Positions 24,926 to 36,828 of a stretch of DNA of 55,807 nucleotides are shown here, one piece after another. The translations under genes were made by a program, and so were the position numbers. Numbering within the stretch: position 1 is the first letter of the stretch; each line of letters opens with the position of its first letter. Source of the DNA: Toensbergia leucococca (Eukaryota); the NCBI GenBank assembly GCA_022813965.1, contig JALDZS010000012.1, positions 186,001 to 241,807 of the forward strand. Direction: 5' to 3'. Under the pieces are notes generated by a model. That model made no database searches. It was not told the origin of the DNA and saw only the letters and a program-made list of their open reading frames with translations.

Positions 24926-26108
24926 TTAGGGGTCAATCCCAGCGATGTAGACAATAGATATGCCCATAACAGGAGCCAGTGTACCATCGCTATCTACCAT
25001 CGGCGAGTGTGCCGTCATGTTGTAATACGCCCGAACTGATATTTCATCTCCCAGGTTGATTCTACCTTTGTCGCACGATGACATGGATGAGATGTGCTCA
25101 ACTATCGAACTATTCATCATCATTCCATTCATGTTCATGCCTTCACCCTCGACGTACCCGGGGCTTTGGCCGTATGCGGCAATCGAATTGCAGACAGTCT
25201 TGTTATTTCGCCGCATTTCGATGTTGATGCCGCCATCGTGGAGATGACCGCCAGCAAAGGCAATACGACCCTCGAGATCAGACTGCCATGGCTGCGACGA
25301 ATACACAAAACTGGCATTGTTTAGGGCAGGTACATCTGATCCATTGCAATTACCAATATCCAGCCAGAGAGGAGTGACCTTCTCAAACTCAATTGGTGTA
25401 GATGGGATGTATTCATATGTGATGGTGACAACAGTCGTCTGGTTGTCTTGACTCTCATTCATAAGCTCCGAAAGAATGAAGACCGAATCAGACGGACCGA
25501 GATAATAGCCAACACGGTCAGTTCTATATTTCCATTAGCTGCTGATAGTGTCCCCGTTGAATTCCAGATCAAGTGGTACCCATTATCACAAATATCGATG
25601 GCACTGCGCTCATTTCCAGAAGCAAAGAAAGCCTGCGGTTGGGATTCCCACCCACAGATTGGATCAAGCCTTGCGTTATTGTAAAGGACTACGTGGTGGA
25701 GCCAAATACTTGTGTTTGAGTTGGCATAGGTACCGTTCGGATACTCAAGCCCGGCCTGCATCCAGGTGATTAGGCAGTCCGAGCAAGGCATCTGAGCATT
25801 GTCTTCGGTGAAGTCGTCCATTCCGTTATTGACATTCATGGAACCAGTGGTATACGGTCCATAGCGGATCTGGACTCTCTTGGACTTGTGGCGAGGGAAA
25901 AATTGCGGGGTGAGAGTTGTGACATTGGTGGCATCTATGGCTATTAGCCCTTGCATAAGATTTGGCTTCATGCCTATGTAGTTGTCGTCAATCACATACC
26001 TCTCGTGCTGATTACTGGAATATCTAGTACTCCGTGAACCCCTGGAGCTAAATCTCCTCCTAGAGCGAGTATCGCGAACATGGTTTGGAAAACGTTCATT
26101 GATTTCAT
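24926..26108 (-). CDS. Secreted protein with copper type-II monooxygenase (PHM/DBH)-like motifs, 3 exons
   Basis: Signal peptide MKSMNVFQTMFAILALGG from ATG 26108; introns at about 25999-25936 and 25579-25525 restore the frame. Motifs RVQIRYGPY, PCSDC, WLHHVVL, FFASGNER, ELMN, GGHLHDGG, HISSMSSC, PVMGI. Confidence 0.75.
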
Positions 26109-27450
26109 CTTGATATTGAAGAGAATGAAACGATATCTCTCATGAGGACTCGAAAAGGATCAGAAGTGTACCAGCTCAAGTGCAGACTCAGTGTGTCACT
26201 TTATATACAAACAACATCTATAAAAATTGGAGCTACACTGGGCTGTTGTTCACTATCAGATTCTAAGCTCGTATCATGACAGGCTACTTCTCGGAACATC
26301 ACCTAATAGAGGAAGATAGTGCGATCAACAGCGAGATTCGTTTCCAGTGAGGCGCAGCATATGTCACTAGTGACCGCACTCTTCAGGGTAATTTCATGCA
26401 TGTCTGCCTGGAGACACGCGTAAATATCAACAATGCTACGTTTGTTACGACGCTGACATCATTTGCTGCAGTCTCTGTCGCTGCTTTAGTTTTGGTTTCC
26501 GAACAGATCAATTGAGCAGGTAGTAAGGTATGTAACGTCCCTCTCAAGCGAATAATAGAGTCTTGGCTCATCTCTCGGTCCTTTCTGTCTATCGAGGATG
26601 CTTGAAAAGAAAGTCTTGTTGATAGTTGATGACAACACAGAAACATACGTCGAGACAATGTATCAAAAATTTGAGACTGTCTTTACATAGTAAGCAGTCT
26701 TCATAGCAATGCAGAGAAGATCAACGGGCATGCTAAGCAAAGCCATCAAACTGACTAAAGGAGCAGCGAACACGGCAAGATTGTAGATACCTCGAAAAAT
26801 GTCAGCTCGACCTCCAACGGATGTGATAAGGTGACACACACATAGTCTGGCTGTCCATGTTCCGAATGCTCAGACACAAGCGATTCAGCCTCGTTCATGC
26901 CAAGCCTAGACACTACAAACATCTTAGGCATCAATGTCAAGCTCAGGTGGTCATTGGCGGAGAACCATGATCCCTTCGGACCATCTATACCTCGATCGGG
27001 ATATGTTGACCGCCTCAGACATCTTCAGACACGGAAGGCTCTGTGTCAACGCGCGTCTCTACTCAAGACCTTGCAAATTGCTGCGGTGAATGTTGATCGA
27101 GATGATTCGAAGGATTGTTCTGTTCCACCCCCCTTTTCTGAAGTGCTGTCTAGCGAAATTGCGACCACCTCCAAATACTACCCTAGTGCTCCTTATGCCA
27201 AGGAGAGCAATGCTCATGTCAAGTATCGTCTATTCAACATTGTTAAGGGTCGTGTCTTTCCGAAGTCGTTTTCTTGGCAATTCCTACTCTTTCTGATCAC
27301 TCTGTATGGCGGCTGTGTACTCCTCATTTAATTACCTTAACTGGGTTTCCCTTTTCATCTAAGATTACCCTCGAATCTTGATACCAGCAGCTTTGTATCA
27401 ATCACCATCTGATCCCCATATCTGTTTTTGCAAACAAGTGCTCTGTAAAG

Positions 27451-29510
27451 ATGTCTATCAGTGGCAGCAATTCCTCTGGCAGCTACTTGAATGGCTCATC
27501 AGAACCGTTGTCAGCCATTGATCTGGACTTGAGAAATACAACAGTTGCCTTGAATTATCTCACAGCGATTCTCGATGATAGCGAACTCCAGCTGAACGAC
27601 ATCAATTACTCCACGGCTTTCTGGTGGGGCATTGCCGTTGCCATATGCATTGCAGCGCTTTGCAATCTCATCTTCTGGATAACAACGGCCACCAGGTTCT
27701 TCCCACGACGAGTATTGTCCATGTATTCAATTTGACTGATTCCAATCTTCCAGGCTGAGAGCGGCGGCCAAGAACATTTCGTTCGCTGCCAGACCATCGA
27801 ACAAAGCAACCAAATTTGTAGTTACCATCACAGCAATAATCAGAACAATCTCCTATCCACAGCTTGCTCCCAATTTTCTCCCCTCAATGATCAAGCTACC
27901 CTCGTTCGGAATAATCATCTTGCTATTGATCTATCTCTCCTTTATCCTCGCCCTTCAATTCAGAAATGTCTCCATCGCTGGAGATCAGCATTGGCAAGCC
28001 ATTGGCCTACGCGCAGGCTGGCTATCCATCGCACAACTCCCTCTTTTAATCCTTCTAGCCGGCAAAAACAACATTATCGGCTGTTTAACAGGCGTCGGCT
28101 ATGAGAGACTGAACATCCTGCATCGATGGGTTGCGAGGTGTATGCTGCTGACGGCGACGATGCACTTTGCATATCAGAGCTACGGATGGAATCGATTGGG
28201 TCTGATGCAATTGGAGTGGGCCACCGATACCTGCGCTCCTACCGGTGAGAAGACACCCCTATTCTGAGTTCTGGGGAATTATGAAGCTTATTGTTCTGAC
28301 AGGCATGGCTGCGTATGCCATTCTCTTGTGGATGAATCTCAGCACTGTGGCTCCGCTCCGCAATCTCCACTACGAGTTCTTCGTCGTCCAGCACATTTTG
28401 ACATTCTTTGGCCTCGTCATCGCCCTGATGTACCATCTTCCCTCTACCGCACCTCGGGACAGGATTTACGTCTGGATTCCCATCGGCCTTTATCTCCTAG
28501 ACCGCCTGACACGCAGCATTCGTTACGGTCACAACAACGCCCGACCGGCCCTCGCCACCCTGACCGCTCTCCCGGATAACGTCACGGGAGTCCGCATTTC
28601 AAGCCACAAATTCAAGCACTGGACCCCAGGCGCATTTGTCCTCCTCTCCATCCCCCGCTTCGGCATCTGTCAATCCCACCCAGCGACCATCGTATCTACC
28701 CCCTCCTCCCACGGCACGAATCTCATCTTCCTGCTCCGCTCCCACAAAGGCTTCACCAAACGCATCTCAGCCAGCGCCAGCGCCAGCGCCACCTCCGCAA
28801 ACACAACAATCAAAGGACCGCACATCGCACTCTTCGACGGGCCCTACGGCGGCACCCGCGTCGATTTCGCCGCCTTCAATTGCGCAATCCTCATCGCAGG
28901 CTCGACGGGCGTGACCTTCACGCTTCCGATCCTGCTAGATATTGCCTCGCGAGCGTCCACGCACCGCCTCCCGCTGCGCCGAATAAGCTTCATTTGGGCC
29001 GTCAAAACCGCCGCGAGCACGCACTGGATATCCGCCGAGCTCGCCTCGACAGCCACGGCAATCCGCAACGCCGGCATCGAGCTCGCCCTCAACATCTTCA
29101 TCACCCAGGACGGCAGCACGCTCCCAGATCCTTCATGCCTCTGCGCCGCCGACCCAGCACACCGCTGCTGCTGCTCAACCCTCAAATCCGCAGTCCCCAA
29201 CCCAGCTACTCCCCCTCACGACGACATCAAAAACCCCATCCACCACACCTCTCCCTCAATCACCGCACCCAACCAACCCAGCGAAACCCACTCCGGCATC
29301 CTCCTCCACCACTCCGGCCGGCCCAACATCCCCCGCCTCCTCACCGAAGCAGTGGACGGCGCGGACGGCGAGACGGGCGTCGCGGTTTGCGGACCCCGGG
29401 GCTTGTCGCTCTGTGTGCGCGCGGAGGTTGCGGCGCTGTGTGCGCGCCGCGTTTGGGGAGGGAGGGGAGAATATGGGGTGTTTTTGCATGAGGAGGGATT
29501 TGGGTGGTAG
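27451..29510 (+). CDS. Ferric/cupric reductase-like transmembrane oxidoreductase (FRE/NOX superfamily), 3 exons
   Basis: Heme-His motifs LHRWVAR...MHF and YEFFVVQH...MYH; FAD motif HPATIVS; DGPYGG; NADPH motif LIAGSTGVTF; VCGP; terminal HEEGFGW. Confidence 0.9.
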
Positions 29511-30547
29511 ATGTTTCTTTTTGGATGGCTGGTGGGGCGGTGATGGGGAGGGGCAGCGGGAAGAGGGGAGCAGGTGTACTTTTTCAATTTCTTGGAAGTG
29601 GGGCGGTTCTGTTTGTTTTGGGATTGCAAGGACAAGATGTGTGTGAGGGATCTAAAGTTTTTGTTTACCTTTGCAGATATATATTGAGGATCCCTTTTTT
29701 GGGTTTCACAGGCACCCTCTTGAGTACGATGGTTTTTTCCAATCTTTTTTTTTTGAATTTTTCTCTATTTTTTTTTTTTTTTTGGAAAATTACGGTAGAT
29801 GAGAACCTGACTTGAATGTAGGTGGATGGCTTGAATGCCTTTATGCTTTTTTTTAAAAAAAATAAAAGTGAGGGAGTTTCCATTTTCTGGTTTCAAGGTT
29901 GCATGATGTGCACATTGTCAAGGAGTTTTTGAAGTGTTTTGTTTTTTTTTTTGTGGTTATGAACTTATGTCTGTCTGATTTACTGATGGATTCTTGTTGA
30001 TATATTTAGTTTTTTCTCTCTCAGAAGAATTACTTGTAGCTACAGATAGGCATGAGAGATTATAAGGTGTGAACTGACTGAGATGATAGAGTTGTTATAG
30101 AAGAGTTGACTAATTTTTAAAATTCATTGACACAAAAGTCACTTTTGTTTTTATCAATAAAAGTGACAAGAGCTTAGTTTCCTTTTTTTTCTTTTTTTTA
30201 TTTCTGAAACAAAGAATAGAAAAAAAATAATTTGATTGATTAGGTTGATTGAGAGAATATTGAGTATACAGTAAACGTTTACAAGTGCAATTTATTATCT
30301 TATGTATCAGATAGTGTGTGAATTTTCAGGGGGTAAGGGTGAGCTCATCTTGCTAGGACATGAGATGAACTAGATTGTCAAAGCATTGCACTGATAAAAT
30401 ATTTCAGATTGATCTTTCCTCAAATTGTCACTTTGGAGAAGAATTTGTCCAAGAAAGCTACATGCTTCCCGCATTGAGAATTGCTGACATTAAACCTTGA
30501 GGGGTATAAAACATACACTCAGTTACATCCTTGCGGCCTTAAAAAAC

Positions 30548-32174
30548 TCATGGAAACAGTTTGTGATAGACATCATACCACGTGGTCATAATTGAAAGAT
30601 TCAATTGCGAAGCGCAGGAATAATCCAGCCCGTAAAACGTCTGATTGTACAGCGTGTTGGAAGGGTGATTGGGAAAACTTCTGGATTCGTAAGGATTTTC
30701 CGAAATATAGCTGACAGACGGATTGGTGGGGTCAAGAGGTACTAGGGACGGAATCACCCAATTCATATACGCATTTTCTGGGTTATTTACTATATCGTCG
30801 TTGTTTAATGAGGGCGCGAGAACCATTTCAGTGTCGAAGTTCCTGAAACTCAACGTGTCGCATATGGCGGCGTTCTCAAAGAGCAGCGATCCAGTGGTAA
30901 AACCCTGGATGAACAGCTTTGACATCATGGGTGCTGCATCTTCACCAAAATGTCCTCCCAATGTATATGCGCACTGTGAAAAGTTACTGTACCACCAGTA
31001 ATTGCACTGGCCGTTTTCGTCGTAATACTCGCAATTCAGATTGCGTAGATTTGGACAGTCTGTACAATCATATAGAGCCCATGTAGGAAGAGGTACTGAA
31101 GGATTCGTGGTTATTTGTTGTGGATTGGCGTTAGCGACAAGTACTGCATCCCAGCCATTCTGAGCCAGTGCCGTAGAGACCAAATACGTATTGAACATTG
31201 TATACAGACCGTCTGTGCTGTTGCTGAGAGAGGGAGATGACGACGTAGAGAATTCTCCTGTAGAGGCGAGAGTTAAAAATGAGCTCAGGTTGGTCATAGC
31301 TTCATAGTTTGCCGCATTGATGTTGTCTAAAAGTCGCAAAGTGATATTTGGTAAAGCGCTTTGGAGTTGTGCAATTTGATATTGCTGCGAGTCTTCTGTT
31401 CCTGAAGGCCACAAGACCTTTCCCACATGTTATAACAGAGACAAGTTCAAGGGTTCAAGTTTGTTACCTTGCCAATGGCGGGAACTTGGTTCATAGCCTT
31501 GATTAGGACAGTATCAATGATTTTAGTTGTGCTGGCGATGGCATCGCTGGCTACGGGTGTGGCGAATGCTAATCCAAGCGTAAGAGCGGTCAAGACATCT
31601 TCTACAAAGACATTTGAGGTCTTGATAGTGTCAATGGTTTGAACCATGTCCGCTATATTCCCGAAAGCTAGCAATGATCCGAAAATCAAAGCTTTATACC
31701 AGGTGCTGAAGAAATTGTTGATAGCTAAGGATAGAATTAGTTTTCAAGCCCAAACGAAGAGATGGAAAACCCAACGTAACCATAGATGTTTTGTATAACG
31801 TAGTGAGCCGTCGGCACGGCAGTCTGTGAGAGTGACGGCGATAGTGATGATGAAAAGGCGCAGAGGGCAGAGTCTATAGTTGTACAGTTTGCACCAGCTC
31901 CAGGTTGGTTGATACGTAGGTAACAGGTTGTCCACTCCTCGCCGTAAAGGCAACAATCATCTTCGTTGTCTGTAGCACAGGGTATGTTCACCTCATCGTT
32001 CCATTTCCGCAGCGAGTCCGATACATTGAGTTTCTCCCAACAAGATGAGTTCAATTCGGCATGCAAGCTAGTGCAATTCACTATCTGCTTGTCTACGAAG
32101 CCTTCAGGCATAGTGGCCAAAGTGTAAATAGAGGTCCTTAGAAGCAGCAACAGAAGCCGACAAAAATTCAGCAT
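30548..32174 (-). CDS. Uncharacterised secreted Cys-rich protein (3 exons)
   Basis: Signal peptide MLNFCRLLLLLLRTSIYTLA; ORFs 31737-32174, 31447-31689 and 30548-31426 join via GT-AG introns (...QNIY|AINNFFSTWY...AIGK|VLWP...); many Cys and N-glycosylation sequons. Confidence 0.75.
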
Positions 32175-33134
32175 TGTGGTCTGTGGATGGCTGACAGGTC
32201 CAAGTAGAGAGATGGGCCCAGGAGATGAAGATCAGCGGCGTTGTTGCCACTGGCATAGCAATAGACCACTCGACCAACTTGCTGACAGACGGGGGGTCGC
32301 AAAATCGTCAAGTAGATATATAGGATGGGGCGGCCGGGCGTTTCGAGTCATCATTGTGACTGAAAGGTTAGGCAGACAGGAGGAAGTGTATTGATCTGCA
32401 TCTGCAAGGCTGAAAGACGCCTGAGATTGATGTTAAGCCGCGCCTCTAAATGAAAGTCTCAAATACATCCTTTTCGATATTGTCATCATTAGCCCATTTT
32501 CTGACCAGGCTAGCCGGCGTTGAGAAGCAAAGCTAGAGCATTGTCTGTTTGCTTCCACTTATGAGCCATTAGACTAAGATCGACTTCTCCCTACTGTTGG
32601 CATTGTTGCCCGCCGAGCTTTGCGGGTGTACGAGTACTCGTAGCCGTCGGCTCGTAAGATTCAGAACGAGAAACATGTTGAAACGATGTTCCTTTCTTAC
32701 GCGACCCCCTCTCCCGATCCAATGATATGTATTGGCGCCCTGGTAGGCTTTGCGGGTAGGGGTTCAATGAAGTATGAACAGAGGTAACTCGTACAGAGGA
32801 AGAGTATGAGGGCGGAAATTAGTGACCGTCATGGTCGAGGTGGACCCAAAGATCCTCACGTGACTAATTACTCTAAGCCTAAGGCTTAGCGAGCCAACCC
32901 CTATTACAACCGATCTGGTGTATTACTTTAAAGGGGGTTCAACCTGTTTTTGAAAGATTGAGAACCCTCATGGCAAGTTTTCTGTTTAGAGGTGCTTCGG
33001 TGAATAAGTCTACGACAATGTATCAGAAGCCTTTTTTTTGTAGCAGAAATGACAACCCGTTTCGTGACTTATAGCTCGCCCATATGCCCCTTCTCTGCAT
33101 TCTCCCGTCTTCCCGAACCAAGCCACCGCTATCA

Positions 33135-34751
33135 TCAATTCAGCCTCCTCACATTCAATGTAATCCCATCCCTCGGCCTCAGCACCAGCCTCCACATCTT
33201 CAACGTCTCTGGGTCCTGGATCCCCGGCACGCACTCGAACGAATACAAACTTAATAGCGAACAAAGCAGTGTCTTCATCTCCGTCTCGGCAAACTTGCGC
33301 CCGATGCAGCTTCTAGGTCCATGCAAAAAGGTCATGTAAGCCATTGTCGTCCAGTCGGCGGGGAGATTGTCCCAGCGATCAGGGTCAAAGACATCGGCCG
33401 TATGGCCCCAATACTTGGGCACACGGTTGATGACATTTGAGTGGATGTAGACGTACGAGCCGGCAGCAATGTCGTAGCCGCTGAGGGTATCGTTGGCGAC
33501 GAGCTGGCGGACGGTGAAGGGGATGGGAGGGATGTAGCGGAGGGATTCGCGGCATACGTTGTCGAGGTAGTGAAGCTGGTCGGCGTCGGCGGCGGCGAGG
33601 TGGTCTGGGTCTTCCCTGGTAGTGAGGTTGAAGAGAAAGGGCATGTGGTAGCGAATTTCCGCGCGCAGCTTTTCTTGGACTTGCGGGTGCTTAGAGAGGA
33701 GGTGAAGGGTCCAGGCGACGCCGGTGGCCGTGGTATCATGGCCAGCGCCAAGGAAGGTCATGACTTGGCCGCGCATGGTTTCAAAGCTGAGTTTTTCTTC
33801 GCCAGCTTCTTCAGCTTTGCCGTTGTCCTTAACCATGAGGGCGATGACGTCTTTGCTTTTGGAGTGCGCTTTGGACAGCTTGAAGTTGATGATCTTGGTA
33901 GCTATGGTAACGATAGTGCTGCGGGATGAGTCCATTTCGCGATTTAGCTTGAAGGGGAGGTATTTGGCCAAGGTACTGTATGATTGTAGGCCATGGAACA
34001 GTCGAGCTGAGAGGTCGAATGAGAATAGGGATCGATAAGCTTTTCGGATGGGTATTTCGGGATGGCGTAACGAGTCAAATTCGGTTCCAAATCCAGCTTC
34101 GCCTATGATATCAAGAGTTGTTCTATTAAGCCATTCCAAGACTTCAATACGTTTGTTCTGGACATTCTGGTGCGCCATATCCTGTAGCCAGAGGCTGGAT
34201 AGCAGTAGTGATTTACGCCAGAATACAGGAGAGAGTGCTTTGATAGACGAGATGGAGAATGCAGGGGCAAGTGCCTTTCGTTGATGCACATGCACATCTC
34301 CTTCCGCAAGAAGAACGCCGTCCCCTAGAACCCTCACCATCCAATCCCTGGCCGTTGCGGGTTTAGGATAATTGTATGGGTTCTTCACTGTCATTTGTTT
34401 GAGATCTTCATCGTCGACAACGGAAAGCCTTTCGATCCCAAAGGGAAGGAAATACCTCACGATAGGCCCATATTGGCGATGCCAAGTTCGTTGAGGGACT
34501 CCAGCTTCTTCAGTGACAATTGCATGCGTCTGGCCCCAGAGGGGAAATCCTGGAGGTGTAGGAATGGCACGAAGAGGGGACAGATAGGATGGGTAGATCC
34601 AAGATTGATAAAGGATAAAGTACCCCGGGATGATGAGGAAGTAGCTCCAACAGAGCGCGGTAAGAGTGGTAAGAGAAGTAATCTTGGACAAGACGAGTCC
34701 TGTGACTGTGGCAAGAAGCCAAAGAGATGCGTTTGACAGCTTGAGATACAT
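33135..34751 (-). CDS. Cytochrome P450 monooxygenase (intronless, 538 aa)
   Basis: N-terminal anchor, I-helix FLGAGHDTT, K-helix ESLR, DPDRW, heme motif FLHGPRSCIG. Confidence 0.96.
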   Translation of the reverse strand: MYLKLSNASLWLLATVTGLVLSKITSLTTLTALCWSYFLIIPGYFILYQSWIYPSYLSPLRAIPTPPGFPLWGQTHAIVTEEAGVPQRTWHRQYGPIVRYFLPFGIERLSVVDDEDLKQMTVKNPYNYPKPATARDWMVRVLGDGVLLAEGDVHVHQRKALAPAFSISSIKALSPVFWRKSLLLSSLWLQDMAHQNVQNKRIEVLEWLNRTTLDIIGEAGFGTEFDSLRHPEIPIRKAYRSLFSFDLSARLFHGLQSYSTLAKYLPFKLNREMDSSRSTIVTIATKIINFKLSKAHSKSKDVIALMVKDNGKAEEAGEEKLSFETMRGQVMTFLGAGHDTTATGVAWTLHLLSKHPQVQEKLRAEIRYHMPFLFNLTTREDPDHLAAADADQLHYLDNVCRESLRYIPPIPFTVRQLVANDTLSGYDIAAGSYVYIHSNVINRVPKYWGHTADVFDPDRWDNLPADWTTMAYMTFLHGPRSCIGRKFAETEMKTLLCSLLSLYSFECVPGIQDPETLKMWRLVLRPRDGITLNVRRLN

Positions 34752-35668
34752 CCTGCTTACTTTGTTGATGTCAAGTCAGATGCAAGGACAAGAGAACTGA
34801 GGAGTTGATTGGGGGACGAGCCCATCATAAAGAGAATTTGCCTTTTCTTGTAAGTAGAATCTATTTGATAAAAAAATGATGTAGGGAAAATCCATAGCGT
34901 AAAGAGATGACATCTCGAAGTTATCGAAAATCAAGCATCTAAAAAGAAGATTGCATGCAGGACTGTGCCTGAAACGGAAGGTTGGATATTGAGAACTCCG
35001 CTTCTCCCGGGGGCGTATGAAAACTTGGCCGTGAGCTGGAAACTTGTGCCGGGGTGGGATGACTGTTTCTGTGACACATGAGAAGTCTTGTGATGTAATT
35101 GCTGATTGTGGATCAATGTCCACATTCATCTTCATTTCCGGCTTTGATTTGAGGTGCAGCAGACAAAGTAGCGCCAACTACTTTCTTGTTAGATGTGTGC
35201 CTCTTACTCGAGGATTGGAGCGGCACAATATTCAGCTCTCCGAATATTTGGATAAGTGAGGTCATTGTACGGTTGAATACCTAATGAAAAGGTTGCAGCT
35301 GTCGACGCACAGCCTCTATCAGAGCACTAGTCCGTACCCTAGGCTTATGCGCGGCTTTCCTAAGACGTCTCATACGAGAGGGCAGGTATGAAATATACCC
35401 GAAAAAGTGGCATCCCTTACGTACGAGACGCCCTTGAAACTATCCGGAATCTTGGACCCTACAGCACGTATTTCACAAATGCAAAATTGAAACAACGTCA
35501 CAGGTATGACGATCCCTGGAAAAACAAACTTCGTCGCTCCATCATACACTCCTGTGGCCGGAGTGATCACGCTTGACCACTTGGTTTTCTCTAGAAAGAT
35601 TCTTCTACCTTCGATTTCCCTTTCTTTGCCAGTACAACGAGACTGGCTCATGACCTCTACCAACAATA

Positions 35669-36828
35669 ATGTTTTTCGCCTTCACAGAGTTTCTCTGGAA
35701 CCCACGGCTCTTAGACTTATTCAAGAAATCGCCATGGCAGGTGTTTGATAACCTCTGGACAGCCGCCGTAGGCTATCCAGCGAAGGAATTCCATTTCGTT
35801 TCAGGGGAGACCACTATGTCGACATCCAAAGAGACCGCAATTGTGATTACACTGTATTACATTATTGTAATAGCAGGCAAGGAGATGATGCGAAAACGTC
35901 CAGCGTTCAAACTCAATACTTTCTTCATGGTGCACAATCTCTACCTGACGATCATTAGCGGAGCTCTGCTTCTGCTCTTTATTGAGCAAGTCTCTCCGAT
36001 AATTTGGAGGAATGGCGTGTATTATAGTATCTGTGGATGCGGAGGATGGACGAGGCAGCTAGAGACTCTTTATTTTGTTCGTTAATCAAACCTCCACTTC
36101 CCCATCTGAGGCTGATGGTTCCTAGCTGAATTACCTAGTTAAGTATCTGGAACTGATTGACACTGTCTTTCTTTTTCTCAAAAAGAAGCCTTTGAGTGTG
36201 TTAAGTGTCGATCTAATAGATTTTGATTGAGCTCATATGATCTTCAGCTTTCCTTCATTGCTACCACCATGGGGCAACCGCACTTCTTTGCTTTACACAG
36301 TTAAAAGGCCAAACGTCGGTATCATGGGTGCCGATTACGCTTAATCTGACGGTGCACGTGTTGATGTATTGGTATTATTTTCAGAGCGCCCGTGGCATTC
36401 AAATTACGTGGAAGAAGTTGATTACCAGACTCCAGATCGCTCAATTTGTCATAGACCTCGGTAAGGACGGCTTTGTTTCGGCACTTTCCCGCTTGTATGG
36501 TTAGCTAAGTTGAATCACAGGCTCTATATATTTTGCGAGCTGGAATCTTTTTGCAAGCACTCATTTCCCGTTCCTTCCCCATGTAGGCACATGCGCTGGA
36601 AAGGGATTTGCCGCTGTGGCAGGTTGTGTAATCCTGAGTTCTTACCTGTTACTTTTCATATCCTTCTACTATGCGACGTATAAAGAGTCTGGGCAAGAAG
36701 ATACACCGCAAGCGAGAGTAGTGGCAGTGGATATGAAAAGGACGAAATTGCCTGCCATGTCAGAAACAGGCGAAAAGGCGATGGAAATTATGAAGGCGGC
36801 AAACAACAGCATCATTGCGTCTGATTGA
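35669..36828 (+). CDS. Fatty-acid elongase (GNS1/SUR4/ELO family), 4 exons
   Basis: [74 protein letters not shown]; introns at about 36077-36125, 36197-36247 and 36461-36520. Confidence 0.93.

Noticed and set aside
26108..27451. Copper (Mac1 TTTGCTCA) or iron (SreA ATCWGATAA) elements, and ORF 26897-27331, in the divergent promoter
   Set aside because: Only partial motif matches were found, and the ORF has no recognisable features.
28880..29491. 203-aa Arg/Pro/His-rich ORF and overlapping antisense ORFs
   Set aside because: Alternative frames of the GC-rich reductase CDS.
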